From: a virus
Reading direction: 5' to 3' (one strand)
Length of the DNA: 40,355 nt
Virus record (IMG/VR): IMGVR_UViG_3300045988_116736
Coordinates: 1 to 40,355 of that record
The notes below the pieces were generated by a model. The model made no database searches. It was not told the origin of the DNA and saw only the letters and a list, made by a program, of their open reading frames with translations. Made by a program: the position numbers and the translations under genes. This document shows, piece after piece, positions 1-9,834 of this stretch; position 1 is the first letter of the stretch; every line of letters starts with the position of its first letter.

Positions 1-75
1 ATTTTTTTTGCGCGGCAAAATCCAAAATGGCAACCAAAAACCCGAAGTACTCCCCCCGATGTCGGGTACCCCACC
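1..75. repeat. 75-bp terminal direct repeat (identical to 40281-40355)
   Basis: Read directly: ATTTTTTTTGCGCGGCAAAATCCAAAATGG...GTCGGGTACCCCACC occurs at 1-75 and again at 40281-40355. The unique length is therefore 40,280 bp. Confidence 0.95.
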
Positions 76-231
76 ACACACCACACACACATATATATCG
101 GAGAGGGGGGAGATATATCCACTCCTTCCTGTCTGTCAAAAATCTGGTAAAACCCAGTTGAATAATACTAAACATAACTATTAGTTAAGCCTGTGATTAA
201 ATATCATGGGCTTTTTGTATTGGAGGGACAC

Positions 232-2016
232 ATGGCAGAACAAAACATCATGACAACGATTTATGAGGGACTAAGCATTAAACCCTCGCCCGGTGACAGT
301 GCAAGCGACCTTGTATCTGCCATACAGAGCCTATACGATGAGTACAAAACGGCCTATAGGGACGAATGGGACAGGCTCACGGCAAACGAGAAGATGTATC
401 ACGGCGACCACTGGTCAGATACTGGTTCGGGCAGTAACGAGCCCCAGCCCGTCATGCCTATTATTTTCTCGACAGTAGAGAACATACAGGCTGACCTGAT
501 GGACGAATACCCGGAAGCTGTTATAACGCCCGAAAGTTCCAACGATGAAAAGATAGGCAAGATATTGACCCGCGTTGTAGCGCAAAATCACGAGGCTTGC
601 GATTACTTATATGAGTACAACGACCTGATTCACGACTTATTGGTTGGCGGATATATGATTCAGGAAGTGGGCTGGGACCCGACACTGAACTATGGCTTTG
701 GCGGCGCTTACATACGCTGCGTATCCAACAAGAACATCATGTTTGACCCGTTGTGCGCCAACATACAGGACGGCAGGGCAGTGTTCAAAGTAGAGCGGCT
801 GCCCACATCATGGTTCCATCAGCATTACCCCGATTATGCCGATTATTTCAGCGGCGGCAGTGATTTAGTCCCCGATGACCATTTCACCTTCGGCACAGAG
901 ATAGAGAGCAAAGAAACGAACTACATGATACTGCTTGAAGCGTGGGTTCGTACATACGATGCGGAAAACCATAAATACGCCGTCCATATGCTGAAGATAG
1001 CGGGCGGACAACTGCTTGAAAACAGTTATACGGAAAAGCCCGAGGGATATTTCATGCACGGCATGTATCCCTTTGTGTGTACGCCTCTGTATAAAATCAA
1101 GGGTTCGCCCTTCGGCTACGGCATTGTAGACATGTTCAAGAACCCGCAGCAGTATTCAGACAAAATAAACCAGATACTTTTAAAGAATGCCCTGACGGCG
1201 GGAACCAACAGGATATTTGTTCAAAAAGGTTCCGCAGACCTTGACGAGATACGCGACTTCTCAAAACAGATAATCGAAGTTTCAAACATCAGCGGTATAA
1301 CGTGGTTTCAGGACAGGCCATTACCCGCATTCCTGATGAACTACATGATAAACATGCAGAACGGCATAAAGGAAGAAGCCGGAAGCAACGATTTTTCGCG
1401 AGGGAACACGACAGGCGGCGTTACTGCCGCGTCGGCTATTACCGCACTTATGGATGCGTCATCAAAGCGTTCACGGAAAGAAGCGCAGATAATCCACAAC
1501 GGGTTTGCGCAGGCTGTGCGGATGGAACTTGAGGTAGAGCGTGAATTTGAAACGGAAGTGCGGACTGTCGAGATAACCGTCATGGGCGAAAAACAGAGCA
1601 TTTCCGTTCAGGAAGGATTCTTCAAAGACATACAGAACGGCTATGACAAGTTGCCCGTTGAGTTCCGTGTGAGCATCAAACCGGCAAGAGAGAGCCGTTT
1701 CACCAAACTCAGCAACAACGAACTGATACTCCAGATAATGACCATGTATCAGGGCAGGACGATAAACCCCGCTATCCTCATGGAAGCCATGGACTTCGAG
1801 GGTAAGGATATTGTTCTTGAAAAGCTCAAAGCCTCACAGCAGCAGAGCATAGAAGCCTTGCAGGGGCAGCTTGCCGAAGCGCAGGGGCAGAATCAGATGC
1901 TTGCAGAGGAAAACGCCTCAATGAACAACGCCGTCAATGAGATGCAAATGTCCATGGGCGGAGGGCAACCCCAGGCACCGCTTAATATGCAAGACGTAAG
2001 GGCAGATACCTTTTAA
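232..2016 (+). CDS. portal protein (probable)
   Basis: 595-aa ORF placed first in the head module, directly upstream of the scaffold and major capsid genes. The ATG at 232 follows GGAGGG (ttggagggacacATG), so I prefer it to the track start at 193. The portal call rests on size and synteny. Confidence 0.7.
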   Translation: MAEQNIMTTIYEGLSIKPSPGDSASDLVSAIQSLYDEYKTAYRDEWDRLTANEKMYHGDHWSDTGSGSNEPQPVMPIIFSTVENIQADLMDEYPEAVITPESSNDEKIGKILTRVVAQNHEACDYLYEYNDLIHDLLVGGYMIQEVGWDPTLNYGFGGAYIRCVSNKNIMFDPLCANIQDGRAVFKVERLPTSWFHQHYPDYADYFSGGSDLVPDDHFTFGTEIESKETNYMILLEAWVRTYDAENHKYAVHMLKIAGGQLLENSYTEKPEGYFMHGMYPFVCTPLYKIKGSPFGYGIVDMFKNPQQYSDKINQILLKNALTAGTNRIFVQKGSADLDEIRDFSKQIIEVSNISGITWFQDRPLPAFLMNYMINMQNGIKEEAGSNDFSRGNTTGGVTAASAITALMDASSKRSRKEAQIIHNGFAQAVRMELEVEREFETEVRTVEITVMGEKQSISVQEGFFKDIQNGYDKLPVEFRVSIKPARESRFTKLSNNELILQIMTMYQGRTINPAILMEAMDFEGKDIVLEKLKASQQQSIEALQGQLAEAQGQNQMLAEENASMNNAVNEMQMSMGGGQPQAPLNMQDVRADTF

Positions 2017-2185
2017 CACGCAAATAAAAATTCGGGGCTGTATGGATGTGTCAGGGTAGTACAGCGTGGCCGCCTGGCGGGAAGCGGTATTTTGAGTTGG
2101 ATATTCCGGCTCTTTTTTTGTTTCAAATTGGCGTCGCCGGCCATAAAGGGCGCGTGCCGAAGCAAAAGGCACCAGGGAGAAAACC

Positions 2186-3034
2186 ATGTACGAAGAAATC
2201 ACGGGCGTAAATGAAGCCGCCGTCGAGGAAACGCCTATTCAGGCCGCCGCTGAACAGGACGACGATGTAGTTACCGTTGCCGATCTCATGGGTGATGAGC
2301 CGGAAGATCAGGCAGAGGCTCAGGAGGAACAGGGCGAACAGCAGCAGGAGGAGGACGCTCCCGAAGCTCAAAATGGTGCCGCCGACCAGCCTGAGCCAGA
2401 ACCCCGACACAACAATGCCAGAGAGCGCGAGAACAACGCTTTCGCTAAGAGGCTGGCCGCTGAAAAGCGCAAGATGGAGACTGACCCGGTGTACAAGCTG
2501 GGCCGTGAGCTTGCCGCCCGTTATGGCGGTGATGCTGCTAAGGCAATGACCGAAATGCGCAAACAGCAGGCACAGGAGCTTGCGCAAGACCCTGTGAAGC
2601 TGGCTGAGTACATGCTTAACCAGCGTGACAACGTTGTGCCGGAACATGAACCCGAGGAAACAGCGGGCGCTTTGTATGAGACCGACCAGCAGAAGGCCGA
2701 CCGCATTGTTACGGATATACGCAACGTATTAGGCGACCGTGCCGACCTCCAGTCATACATAGATGCCGACCCGGATTTTATGCAGAACTGTGACGAATTC
2801 GGAGCGGCGGCAGCCGTCAAGATGGCCAACAGGGCCCGTGCCGCAGCCGCAAAGAACCAGACCATTGCGAACAAGCTTGCGAAGAACCGCAGCCTGCCGC
2901 AGCCTATACGCCCCTCCAACAACGCGCAGACAAAAGCCCCCGACTTTTCGCAGATGTCCGACAAAGACTTTGCGGCATTCGAGGCAAAAATCAAGAAAGC
3001 GCAGATGGACGGGAAAAAAGTAAGACTTGAATGA
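2186..3034 (+). CDS. scaffolding protein (probable)
   Basis: 282 aa lying between the portal and capsid genes. The N-terminus is very acidic (EEQGEQQQEEDAPE) and the rest is Ala/Lys/Glu-rich and helix-like. SD AGGGAGAAAACC precedes the ATG. Confidence 0.6.
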   Translation: MYEEITGVNEAAVEETPIQAAAEQDDDVVTVADLMGDEPEDQAEAQEEQGEQQQEEDAPEAQNGAADQPEPEPRHNNARERENNAFAKRLAAEKRKMETDPVYKLGRELAARYGGDAAKAMTEMRKQQAQELAQDPVKLAEYMLNQRDNVVPEHEPEETAGALYETDQQKADRIVTDIRNVLGDRADLQSYIDADPDFMQNCDEFGAAAAVKMANRARAAAAKNQTIANKLAKNRSLPQPIRPSNNAQTKAPDFSQMSDKDFAAFEAKIKKAQMDGKKVRLE

Positions 3035-3052
3035 TAAGGAGATTTTAAGATT

Positions 3053-4006
3053 ATGGCAACCATGGTAACTACCACCTCTGGCCTTTCCCCCACTATGCAG
3101 TCCTACTACGACCGCAAGATGCTGGAGCACGCAAAGACCCAGTTTGTTTTCGCTAACTATGCCCAGAAGCGCAGCATACCTAAGAACAACGGTAAAACCG
3201 TGCAATTCCGCCGCTGGACCCTGTTCACTGCTGATCCCGATACTCAGGCGCTGACCGAGGGCACCACCCCCGCCGCACAGAATCTCTCCATGTCCGCGAT
3301 CACCGCCACTGTAAAGCAGTACGGCGCATACGTGGAGGTGTCCGACCTTCTCGACCTCACCGCTGTCGACAACATCATACACGATTCTTCCGAACTGCTT
3401 GGTGAGCAGCTTGGTAACGTTCTGGATATGATAGTCCGAGACGCTATGTCCGCCACAACCAATATACAGTACGCCGACGGCAAGACCAGCGACAACGATA
3501 TAACCGCCGCCCAGAAGCTCACCGTAGGCGAGATACGCAAGGCGGTTCGCACCCTCAAAAAGGCCAAGGCGCGCAAGTTCACCCGCAAGGGCGGCAAGCC
3601 CCACTATATCTGCATAGTGGACCCCGACGCCGTATACGACCTTCAGAGCGATTCCCTCTGGCAGGACGTTTCCAAATACAGCAATGCGGAGCAGATATAT
3701 GACGGCGAACTGGGCAAGATGTTCGGCGTGGTGTTCATAGAGACCACCAACGCCAAGATCGTCGAGAACACCGCCACCACCAAGTACGGCGTACACCAGA
3801 CCTTCGTGTTTGGCGCCGATTCCTACGGCGTGGTTGACGTCACCGGTCAGGGCGCTATAAAGGCTATCATAAAGCCTCACGGCTCCTCCGGCACCGCCGA
3901 CCCCCTCGACCAGCGCGCAACCGTGGGCGCAAAGGTGACTGCCTTCACTGCCTGCGTACTCAATGCAGATTGGCTCGTTTCAATCCATCACGGCGTTACC
4001 GCCTAA
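3053..4006 (+). CDS. major capsid protein (HK97-fold; resembles the family usually annotated N4-gp56-type)
   Basis: 317 aa. The N-terminal motif YYDRKMLEHAKTQFVFANYAQKRSIPKNNGKTVQFRRW is typical of this capsid family as I recall it. An AAGGAG SD precedes the gene and a strong terminator follows it. Confidence 0.85.
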   Translation: MATMVTTTSGLSPTMQSYYDRKMLEHAKTQFVFANYAQKRSIPKNNGKTVQFRRWTLFTADPDTQALTEGTTPAAQNLSMSAITATVKQYGAYVEVSDLLDLTAVDNIIHDSSELLGEQLGNVLDMIVRDAMSATTNIQYADGKTSDNDITAAQKLTVGEIRKAVRTLKKAKARKFTRKGGKPHYICIVDPDAVYDLQSDSLWQDVSKYSNAEQIYDGELGKMFGVVFIETTNAKIVENTATTKYGVHQTFVFGADSYGVVDVTGQGAIKAIIKPHGSSGTADPLDQRATVGAKVTAFTACVLNADWLVSIHHGVTA

Positions 4007-4018
4007 ACCAACTATCAA

Positions 4019-4050
4019 AGGGGCGTTTCATTACGCCCCTTATCTTTTTA
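4019..4050 (+). terminator. rho-independent terminator after the capsid gene
   Basis: The stem pairs AGGGGCGT (4019-4026) with ACGCCCCT (4033-4040), with loop TTCATT and the tail TATCTTTTTA. Confidence 0.8.
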
Positions 4051-4063
4051 AGGAGATTTAAAT

Positions 4064-4348
4064 ATGGCTATCAAGAAAGAAAAGACCATGAAGGAAATAT
4101 TGGACGAACAGCCCAAGGTATCATATCTGATTCCCTACACCGATGGTGAAAATCTGCCCTATACCGCAGTGATCATTAACGGCTATCGCTTTGAGATAAA
4201 GCACGGTGAGCGCGTTGAAATCCCTGAATCCGTATCCCGGATCCTGGACAGCAGCAACGAAACGCTCCGCAAGATCAATCAGGAATACCGCGATATGACT
4301 GTCGGTAGCGGCAGGAACCTGACGGACAGCACACCCGCAGGGGAATAA
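4064..4348 (+). CDS. hypothetical small head-module protein
   Basis: 94-aa ORF with SD AAGGAGA placed 9 nt upstream. It sits between the capsid gene and terL. I recognise no motif. Confidence 0.6.
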   Translation: MAIKKEKTMKEILDEQPKVSYLIPYTDGENLPYTAVIINGYRFEIKHGERVEIPESVSRILDSSNETLRKINQEYRDMTVGSGRNLTDSTPAGE

Positions 4349-4354
4349 TGTCCT

Positions 4355-5722
4355 ATGGCAGCGGCAGAATCCTTGACCCTGACAGGTACGCCGAACCCCA
4401 AACAAGCTGAATTTTTCAAATCCCGGGCAAGGCACACTTGCTACGGCGGCGCAAGAGGCGGTGGGAAAAGCTGGGCAATGCGGCGCAAGGCCGTACTGCT
4501 TGCCCTCAATTATCCCGATCTGAATATTCTCATACTGCGCCGAACACTCCCCGAATTGAGGGTAAACATTGTTGAGCCCCTTATGAGGGAGCTGTACGGC
4601 TTTGCGGAATACAACGTTACAGAGCGAGTATTTCGCTTCCCCAACGGCTCTAAAATTCGAATGGGCTTTTGTGACAGCGAGGCCGATGTATACCAGTACC
4701 AAGGCCATGAATACGACGTGATATGTCTGGAAGAAGCGACACACTTCACGGAAACGCAGATGCAGTTTTTGACTACCTGTAACCGTAGCGTCCGCACAGA
4801 CTTTACGCCGAGAATGTACTATACGTGCAATCCGGGCGGCGTGGGCCACGGCTGGGTGAAACGCCTATTTATCGACTGCGAATTTCGTAGCGGCGAAAAT
4901 CCCGAAAACTATGTATTCATTCCGGCACGGGTATACGACAATACAGCCCTCATGACCGCCGACCCTGATTATATCCATACCCTTGAAGCCTTGCCCGAAG
5001 ACCAGCGCAGGGCATTCCTTGAAGGCGATTGGGACGTAGTAGAAGGGCAGTTTTTCAAGGAGTGGCGCAAGGAGAAGCACGTTATCGAGCCATTTATTAT
5101 CCCGTCACATTGGCGCTGTTTCCGTTCAATGGACTGGGGTTATAACGACCCGTGCTGTGTTTTGTGGTTTGCCGTATCCCCCGACAGGCGCATATTCGTT
5201 TTTGACGAGTATTACCAAGACCAGCGGCTTGTGAACGATGTGGCACACACCATTCGCGAAAAGACCGGCACACGCAAGATTGATTACACTGTAGGTTCCC
5301 CTGATATGTGGCAACACAGGGGAATGACGAATATGACAAGGAAAGGTTTCTCCGGCGAAAGCATAGCAGAGAGCCTGATCCTGTCCGGCGTCCCGGTAAT
5401 GCCCGCCGACAACTCCCGCAAGGTAGGCTGGCAGCGCGTCCGTGAGTTTCTTGGGGACGCACCAGACGGTAAGCCGTGGCTGCAAGTGTTTTCAAACTGC
5501 CGCAACCTCATCAAGTACATGCCACAAATGCAGTATGACCCCAACGACCATGAGGACGCTTTGGACGGCGACGACCATGCTCCAGAAGCTTTGCGCTATG
5601 GGCTTATGTCACGCCCCTCCCCTGCCTCCATACAGCGGGAACGGCAACGCAAGATCATAGACCTGACAGACCCGTTTGTTGAACTGCCGCGTCGTAAAGC
5701 AAGCGGTTTTTTGAGTTTATAA
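4355..5722 (+). CDS. terL: terminase large subunit
   Basis: 455 aa with Walker A CYGGARGGGKSWA and Walker B-like VICLEEATHF. The C-terminal nuclease region includes MDWGYNDP and GDDHAPEALRY. Confidence 0.9.
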   Translation: MAAAESLTLTGTPNPKQAEFFKSRARHTCYGGARGGGKSWAMRRKAVLLALNYPDLNILILRRTLPELRVNIVEPLMRELYGFAEYNVTERVFRFPNGSKIRMGFCDSEADVYQYQGHEYDVICLEEATHFTETQMQFLTTCNRSVRTDFTPRMYYTCNPGGVGHGWVKRLFIDCEFRSGENPENYVFIPARVYDNTALMTADPDYIHTLEALPEDQRRAFLEGDWDVVEGQFFKEWRKEKHVIEPFIIPSHWRCFRSMDWGYNDPCCVLWFAVSPDRRIFVFDEYYQDQRLVNDVAHTIREKTGTRKIDYTVGSPDMWQHRGMTNMTRKGFSGESIAESLILSGVPVMPADNSRKVGWQRVREFLGDAPDGKPWLQVFSNCRNLIKYMPQMQYDPNDHEDALDGDDHAPEALRYGLMSRPSPASIQRERQRKIIDLTDPFVELPRRKASGFLSL

Positions 5723-5734
5723 GGAGAATATCAC

Positions 5735-6289
5735 ATGACCCTCAACGATATTATATACGCTGCTCTAAGGCAGCTTGAACGCGGAACAGACGCGCAGACC
5801 GTTGACAAATTCCGCCGCGTGTTCACCGACTATGCAAACAGCGGGCAGCGCCGCCTTGCCAATCGATTCAAGGTAACGCGGCTGGAAACCGTGAAGCTGG
5901 ACGACAAAGGCCGGTTCAATGTAGATTCATTGGAACGCTCCTGTGTGCTGATAGAGAAGATAACCGATGAAAGCGGCAGTGAAATGTCGTGGGGCGAAAT
6001 TGTCACCGGGGTTATCGAAGTGACCAACGGCGCGAATGCCGAAGTCAACGTGTATTATCGGTACATGCCCCGTGAAATGTCCTCACCTACCGATGCTCCC
6101 GAATTGCCGTCATATATGCACAGCGCGATACCGTACTATGTCGTTGCCTGTCAGCGTTGCGGTTCTGACGCAGACACACAGGCCACGGCAGGAGCGCACT
6201 TCGACTTGTTCAACCGCGAGGTATCCGACATATATTCCCAGCACTACGCATCTAAGGACGCATATACCTTAAAAAACATGGGGTGGTAA
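5735..6289 (+). CDS. head-tail connector/adaptor (putative)
   Basis: 184 aa placed directly after terL, with SD AAGGAGAA. The function is inferred from position only. Confidence 0.45.
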   Translation: MTLNDIIYAALRQLERGTDAQTVDKFRRVFTDYANSGQRRLANRFKVTRLETVKLDDKGRFNVDSLERSCVLIEKITDESGSEMSWGEIVTGVIEVTNGANAEVNVYYRYMPREMSSPTDAPELPSYMHSAIPYYVVACQRCGSDADTQATAGAHFDLFNREVSDIYSQHYASKDAYTLKNMGW

Positions 6290-6290
6290 C

Positions 6291-7955
6291 ATGGCTGATA
6301 TTTATAACATAGGCGAGTTTTTAGGCATAGCCCAGCACCGGGACGGATCCCTGCTGAATACTGGAACGGCTATCGATGCCCGTAACATGGACACGTCCGA
6401 TGGCAATCTCTCTGTGGCCAAGGGGTATGTGCGTAAATCCGGCAATGCCATTCCTTCTTCTGCTGGGCAGATACTGCGTATAATCCCTGTGGACGAGAGC
6501 AACATACTTGCCGTTACCCAAAACAGCATATACCACGGCACATACGACACATGGAACCTCACTCCCATATACACCTTTGAAACAACCCTGCCTGTAACCT
6601 GCCAATTGGGCTATGCACTGGGCAAGATCAATACCACAAATGTTGTCGTCATAGGCACTGGCAAAACGCAGCTTATCAAGGTCAACATGGGAGATACCGT
6701 CACCGCAGAGATATTTGGTTCCGGCCTGTACATCTTTGAAACTACCGTTTCTGCATACGATTCAGCCACAAAAATAGTTACTCTTGCCGATGCAATGTCG
6801 CAGGAGATACAGCAAAAGTTCGTCGTGGAAAAAGGAGTGTATATCGATGGCAGGTTCCGCGAGGCGGAGGTCACAACGGCTACCACAATAACGCTTAAAG
6901 CCTCCCCCGCTATAGCCCCGGCAGTCGGCAATACGGTAAAGCTCAGGGGTGGTGCTTCTGACGCGCACTGTAATTTCGTATGTATGCACAACGGCCGCCT
7001 GTTTGCTGCCGGCGACCCTGACGCGCCTAACCGCCTTTACTGGTCAACAATACCGGGTGATGGCAGGACTATTGAACACTGGCTTGCTATTGAATCCTCC
7101 GTTGATTTATCCGGCGGATATGTGGAAGTTGGAGATACAACCGCAGACCCCATAATCGGCATATGCGAGTTGTCAACACAGATACTCATATTCAAGCGGT
7201 ACAGCATATATCGCTTGTACGGCGACAGGCCCAGCTATTACACCGTGGAGCGTGTAGAGAAGTTTACCGAGAACATGAGTAACGCGGGAGTAGCCGTCAA
7301 GACCGATATCCCGTACTGGCTCACCAGGAGCGGTATTAAGCTGTTTAACGGCGCGGATATGCAATTGCTTGATGGCGGTCAAAACTACCTTTGCAGCTTC
7401 ATTGATACCATTAAAACGGTATCACAGAGCAAGGCGTTCACAGCTAATGGCAAACTGTACTTTACTTGCCGCGTTGGCAGCACCGGAACATATGACGATT
7501 CCGTTATAGTGTATGATACCGTCAATGGCACTTATATGGTGCGGGACGGCTTCAAGATAGCTGACATGTGCGCTTTTGAAAATACTGTCTATCTCATAAA
7601 CGATACGGGCTATCTGTACGAATTTGATAAAGGCGAAAAGTACGACGGACAGGCTATATCGGCATATTGGCAGACGCAGCCGACAGACCTAACGCTGAAG
7701 TATGTCAACAAACAGTTAAAGGAAGTGTATTTCCGAGCTGGCAACGTAGGTTCTGTAATAATTCTTGAAACATTTAACGGCAATTCCCGCAACAGGGAAC
7801 GCCGCGTGATTCAGAACGACGATATGATTGATTTGCCCATGAATAACCAGCCCTGCCGCCGGTTCAGCATTAAGCTATCCAACGAAGCGGGCAGCCATTT
7901 TACCATATACGGCGGTATTCAAATCCAATATGAAGGGAAGATGCGTCCGGTATGA
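6291..7955 (+). CDS. virion structural protein (tail/hub; unknown family)
   Basis: 554-aa beta-rich ORF with start ATG 1 nt after the upstream stop, 6 nt after GGGGTGG. It lies between the adaptor and the fibre genes. Confidence 0.6.
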   Translation: MADIYNIGEFLGIAQHRDGSLLNTGTAIDARNMDTSDGNLSVAKGYVRKSGNAIPSSAGQILRIIPVDESNILAVTQNSIYHGTYDTWNLTPIYTFETTLPVTCQLGYALGKINTTNVVVIGTGKTQLIKVNMGDTVTAEIFGSGLYIFETTVSAYDSATKIVTLADAMSQEIQQKFVVEKGVYIDGRFREAEVTTATTITLKASPAIAPAVGNTVKLRGGASDAHCNFVCMHNGRLFAAGDPDAPNRLYWSTIPGDGRTIEHWLAIESSVDLSGGYVEVGDTTADPIIGICELSTQILIFKRYSIYRLYGDRPSYYTVERVEKFTENMSNAGVAVKTDIPYWLTRSGIKLFNGADMQLLDGGQNYLCSFIDTIKTVSQSKAFTANGKLYFTCRVGSTGTYDDSVIVYDTVNGTYMVRDGFKIADMCAFENTVYLINDTGYLYEFDKGEKYDGQAISAYWQTQPTDLTLKYVNKQLKEVYFRAGNVGSVIILETFNGNSRNRERRVIQNDDMIDLPMNNQPCRRFSIKLSNEAGSHFTIYGGIQIQYEGKMRPV

Positions 7956-8197
7956 TGCAAAGAGGATTACAGATCATTAAACTACCCTCCCCAAAGAATC
8001 TGAGCATTGAGGAAAAGACCGTGTACGACAAGCAGTCCGAATGGATAAACCAGAATTTTAAGACGATATTTGATGGCGTTGACGAGCTGAAAACAGCAGC
8101 CACGAGCCAAGAACAACTTAATGCCACGCTTGCACAGGTTCAGGAATCTCTCACCAAGATAAACAAGAAGCTGGATGAGCTGAACGGAGGCAGTTAA
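7952..8197 (+). CDS. small coiled-coil structural protein
   Basis: 81 aa with an ATGA start/stop overlap on the upstream gene. The C-terminal half is helical (LNATLAQVQESLTKINKKLDELN). Confidence 0.6.
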   Translation: MMQRGLQIIKLPSPKNLSIEEKTVYDKQSEWINQNFKTIFDGVDELKTAATSQEQLNATLAQVQESLTKINKKLDELNGGS

Positions 8198-9834
8198 TGG
8201 AAACGATATACAAGACATTTGACGTAGCGTTGGAGTTAAAACAGACATCTACCAACGCCCCCTTTTATGTCATTGAGGGCGACAACGGCAACAAGATAAG
8301 GATTACCGTCACGGACGGCGGTTCTGCCGTTGCCCTGACTGACTGCCGTGTTATCGCCGTGTTCTCAAAGTCCAGCGGTACGTCCATGCAGGACAGCGCC
8401 GAGGCTGGCGGCGGCGTGACTATTGGCGGCACATATAACAATGAAGTGACCGTTGCTCTTCGCCCCGCCTCCATTGCCCCCGGACAGGTGGAATGCGAGT
8501 TGCAGATTTATTCTGACGAGAACAAGACAACCCTTATAACCACGGCAAAATTCAACTTTGAGTGCCAGCGGGCTATTTTTAACGAAAATACCGCCATGGC
8601 TACAAACGAATATCCTCTGCTTGTGTCCCTGATTTCAGTGTGCAACGGCATAGTTGCGGCGGAAGAACTGCGTGTTACTGCCGAGGCTTCCCGTGTCTCT
8701 GCCGAGGGCGAAAGGGCAGCAGCCGAGGCGGCGCGAGAAACAGCCGAGGGCGAAAGGGTTAAAGCGGAAGAAGCGCGGGAAGCTGCTGAAACCGCAAGGG
8801 TATCCGCTGAATCATCCCGTGTTGCGACTGAACAAAGCCGGAAAACCGCCGAACAGAGCCGCGTTACTTCCGAGACTGTGAGAGCCAGTGCCGAGACAGA
8901 GCGAAAAACAGCCGAGAGTGAAAGAGAAACCGCAGAGACAGCGCGGACTTCCGCCGAGGCATCCCGCGTAACGGCTGAGCAAGGGCGTGTCAGCGCTGAA
9001 AATACCCGCGTATCACAGGAGCAGGAACGGCAAGCGGAGATACTGAAAATCGCTGGCATGACGGTTGAAGTTACCACGCTGGCCGCTGGCGCACAGGCCA
9101 CGGCTGAATTGGTAGAATCCGGCGGGCACAAGGTATTAAAGCTTGGCCTACCGAAAGGGCAAGACGGTTCCGGCACGGGCGATATGTCAAAGTCCACCTA
9201 TGACAAGGACAATAACGGCATAGTGGACAACGCTGAAAAGCTGGGTGGTGTCGCGGCTTCGGGTTACGCGACAGTAGAGCAGGCTAAGGCATTTGTTGTA
9301 ACGTTCACAGCAAATACAGGAGATTTGAAAGGCACATATACCTCTGATAAAACACTAGCAGAAATATATGCTGCATATAATGCCGATAAGAATGTTATAG
9401 GTCGTTTTGCATCGGGCAATAATGCCGTTCTAGGGTTGACGAATGTTCAAAATGAATCCAGTATACAAATGGGCTATTTGTTCTCTAATGGTATTATCAT
9501 GCTCGATTCGGTCTCGGATGCGAATAATTTATGGGCTATGACCAGTTACGACTTTATGAACCCGCCCGTAATCGACGAATACTTACCTGACTCTGGTTCC
9601 CCTCTCTCCGAAGACACCATATATAACGTATCCTCTCTTGTAGGTACGTATGTGTTTACCCCGCCCGCCTCCGGCTGGGCGCACGGCACATTCAGCACGG
9701 CGGCCTCGGTTGCGGTGTCGTTTGTGAGCGGTGCGAACTATTTAGGCGCGGCCCCCGCCATAGAGGCAAGCAAAACTTACGAATTTGACGTATACAACGG
9801 CGTGTGGGCGGTGCAGGAGGTTGTGAGCGCATGA
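8197..9834 (+). CDS. tail fibre / receptor-binding protein (BppU_N-like N-terminus, long coiled coil)
   Basis: 545 aa. The N-terminal roughly 125 aa resemble baseplate-upper-protein N domains (FYVIEGDNGNKIRITVTDGGSAVALTDCRV...). A central run of 18 AExxRxx heptads follows, then a distinct C-terminal globular part. Confidence 0.7.
   Translation: METIYKTFDVALELKQTSTNAPFYVIEGDNGNKIRITVTDGGSAVALTDCRVIAVFSKSSGTSMQDSAEAGGGVTIGGTYNNEVTVALRPASIAPGQVECELQIYSDENKTTLITTAKFNFECQRAIFNENTAMATNEYPLLVSLISVCNGIVAAEELRVTAEASRVSAEGERAAAEAARETAEGERVKAEEAREAAETARVSAESSRVATEQSRKTAEQSRVTSETVRASAETERKTAESERETAETARTSAEASRVTAEQGRVSAENTRVSQEQERQAEILKIAGMTVEVTTLAAGAQATAELVESGGHKVLKLGLPKGQDGSGTGDMSKSTYDKDNNGIVDNAEKLGGVAASGYATVEQAKAFVVTFTANTGDLKGTYTSDKTLAEIYAAYNADKNVIGRFASGNNAVLGLTNVQNESSIQMGYLFSNGIIMLDSVSDANNLWAMTSYDFMNPPVIDEYLPDSGSPLSEDTIYNVSSLVGTYVFTPPASGWAHGTFSTAASVAVSFVSGANYLGAAPAIEASKTYEFDVYNGVWAVQEVVSA
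8659..9036 (+). repeat. 18 consecutive in-frame heptad repeats (A-E-x-x-R-x-x)
   Basis: The translation reads AEELRVT AEASRVS AEGERAA AEAARET AEGERVK ... AENTRVS QEQERQA, giving 378 nt for 18 x 7 codons. Confidence 0.9.

Noticed and set aside
193-231. Track start codon for the portal ORF at 193
   Set aside because: It has no SD. The ATG at 232 is preceded by GGAGGG at a proper distance.
2753-3880. 375-aa - strand ORF, the longest antisense ORF in the head region
   Set aside because: It lies entirely antisense to the scaffold and major capsid genes and has no SD. Its Gly/Val/Leu/His-biased composition is typical of a shadow frame in GC-rich coding DNA.
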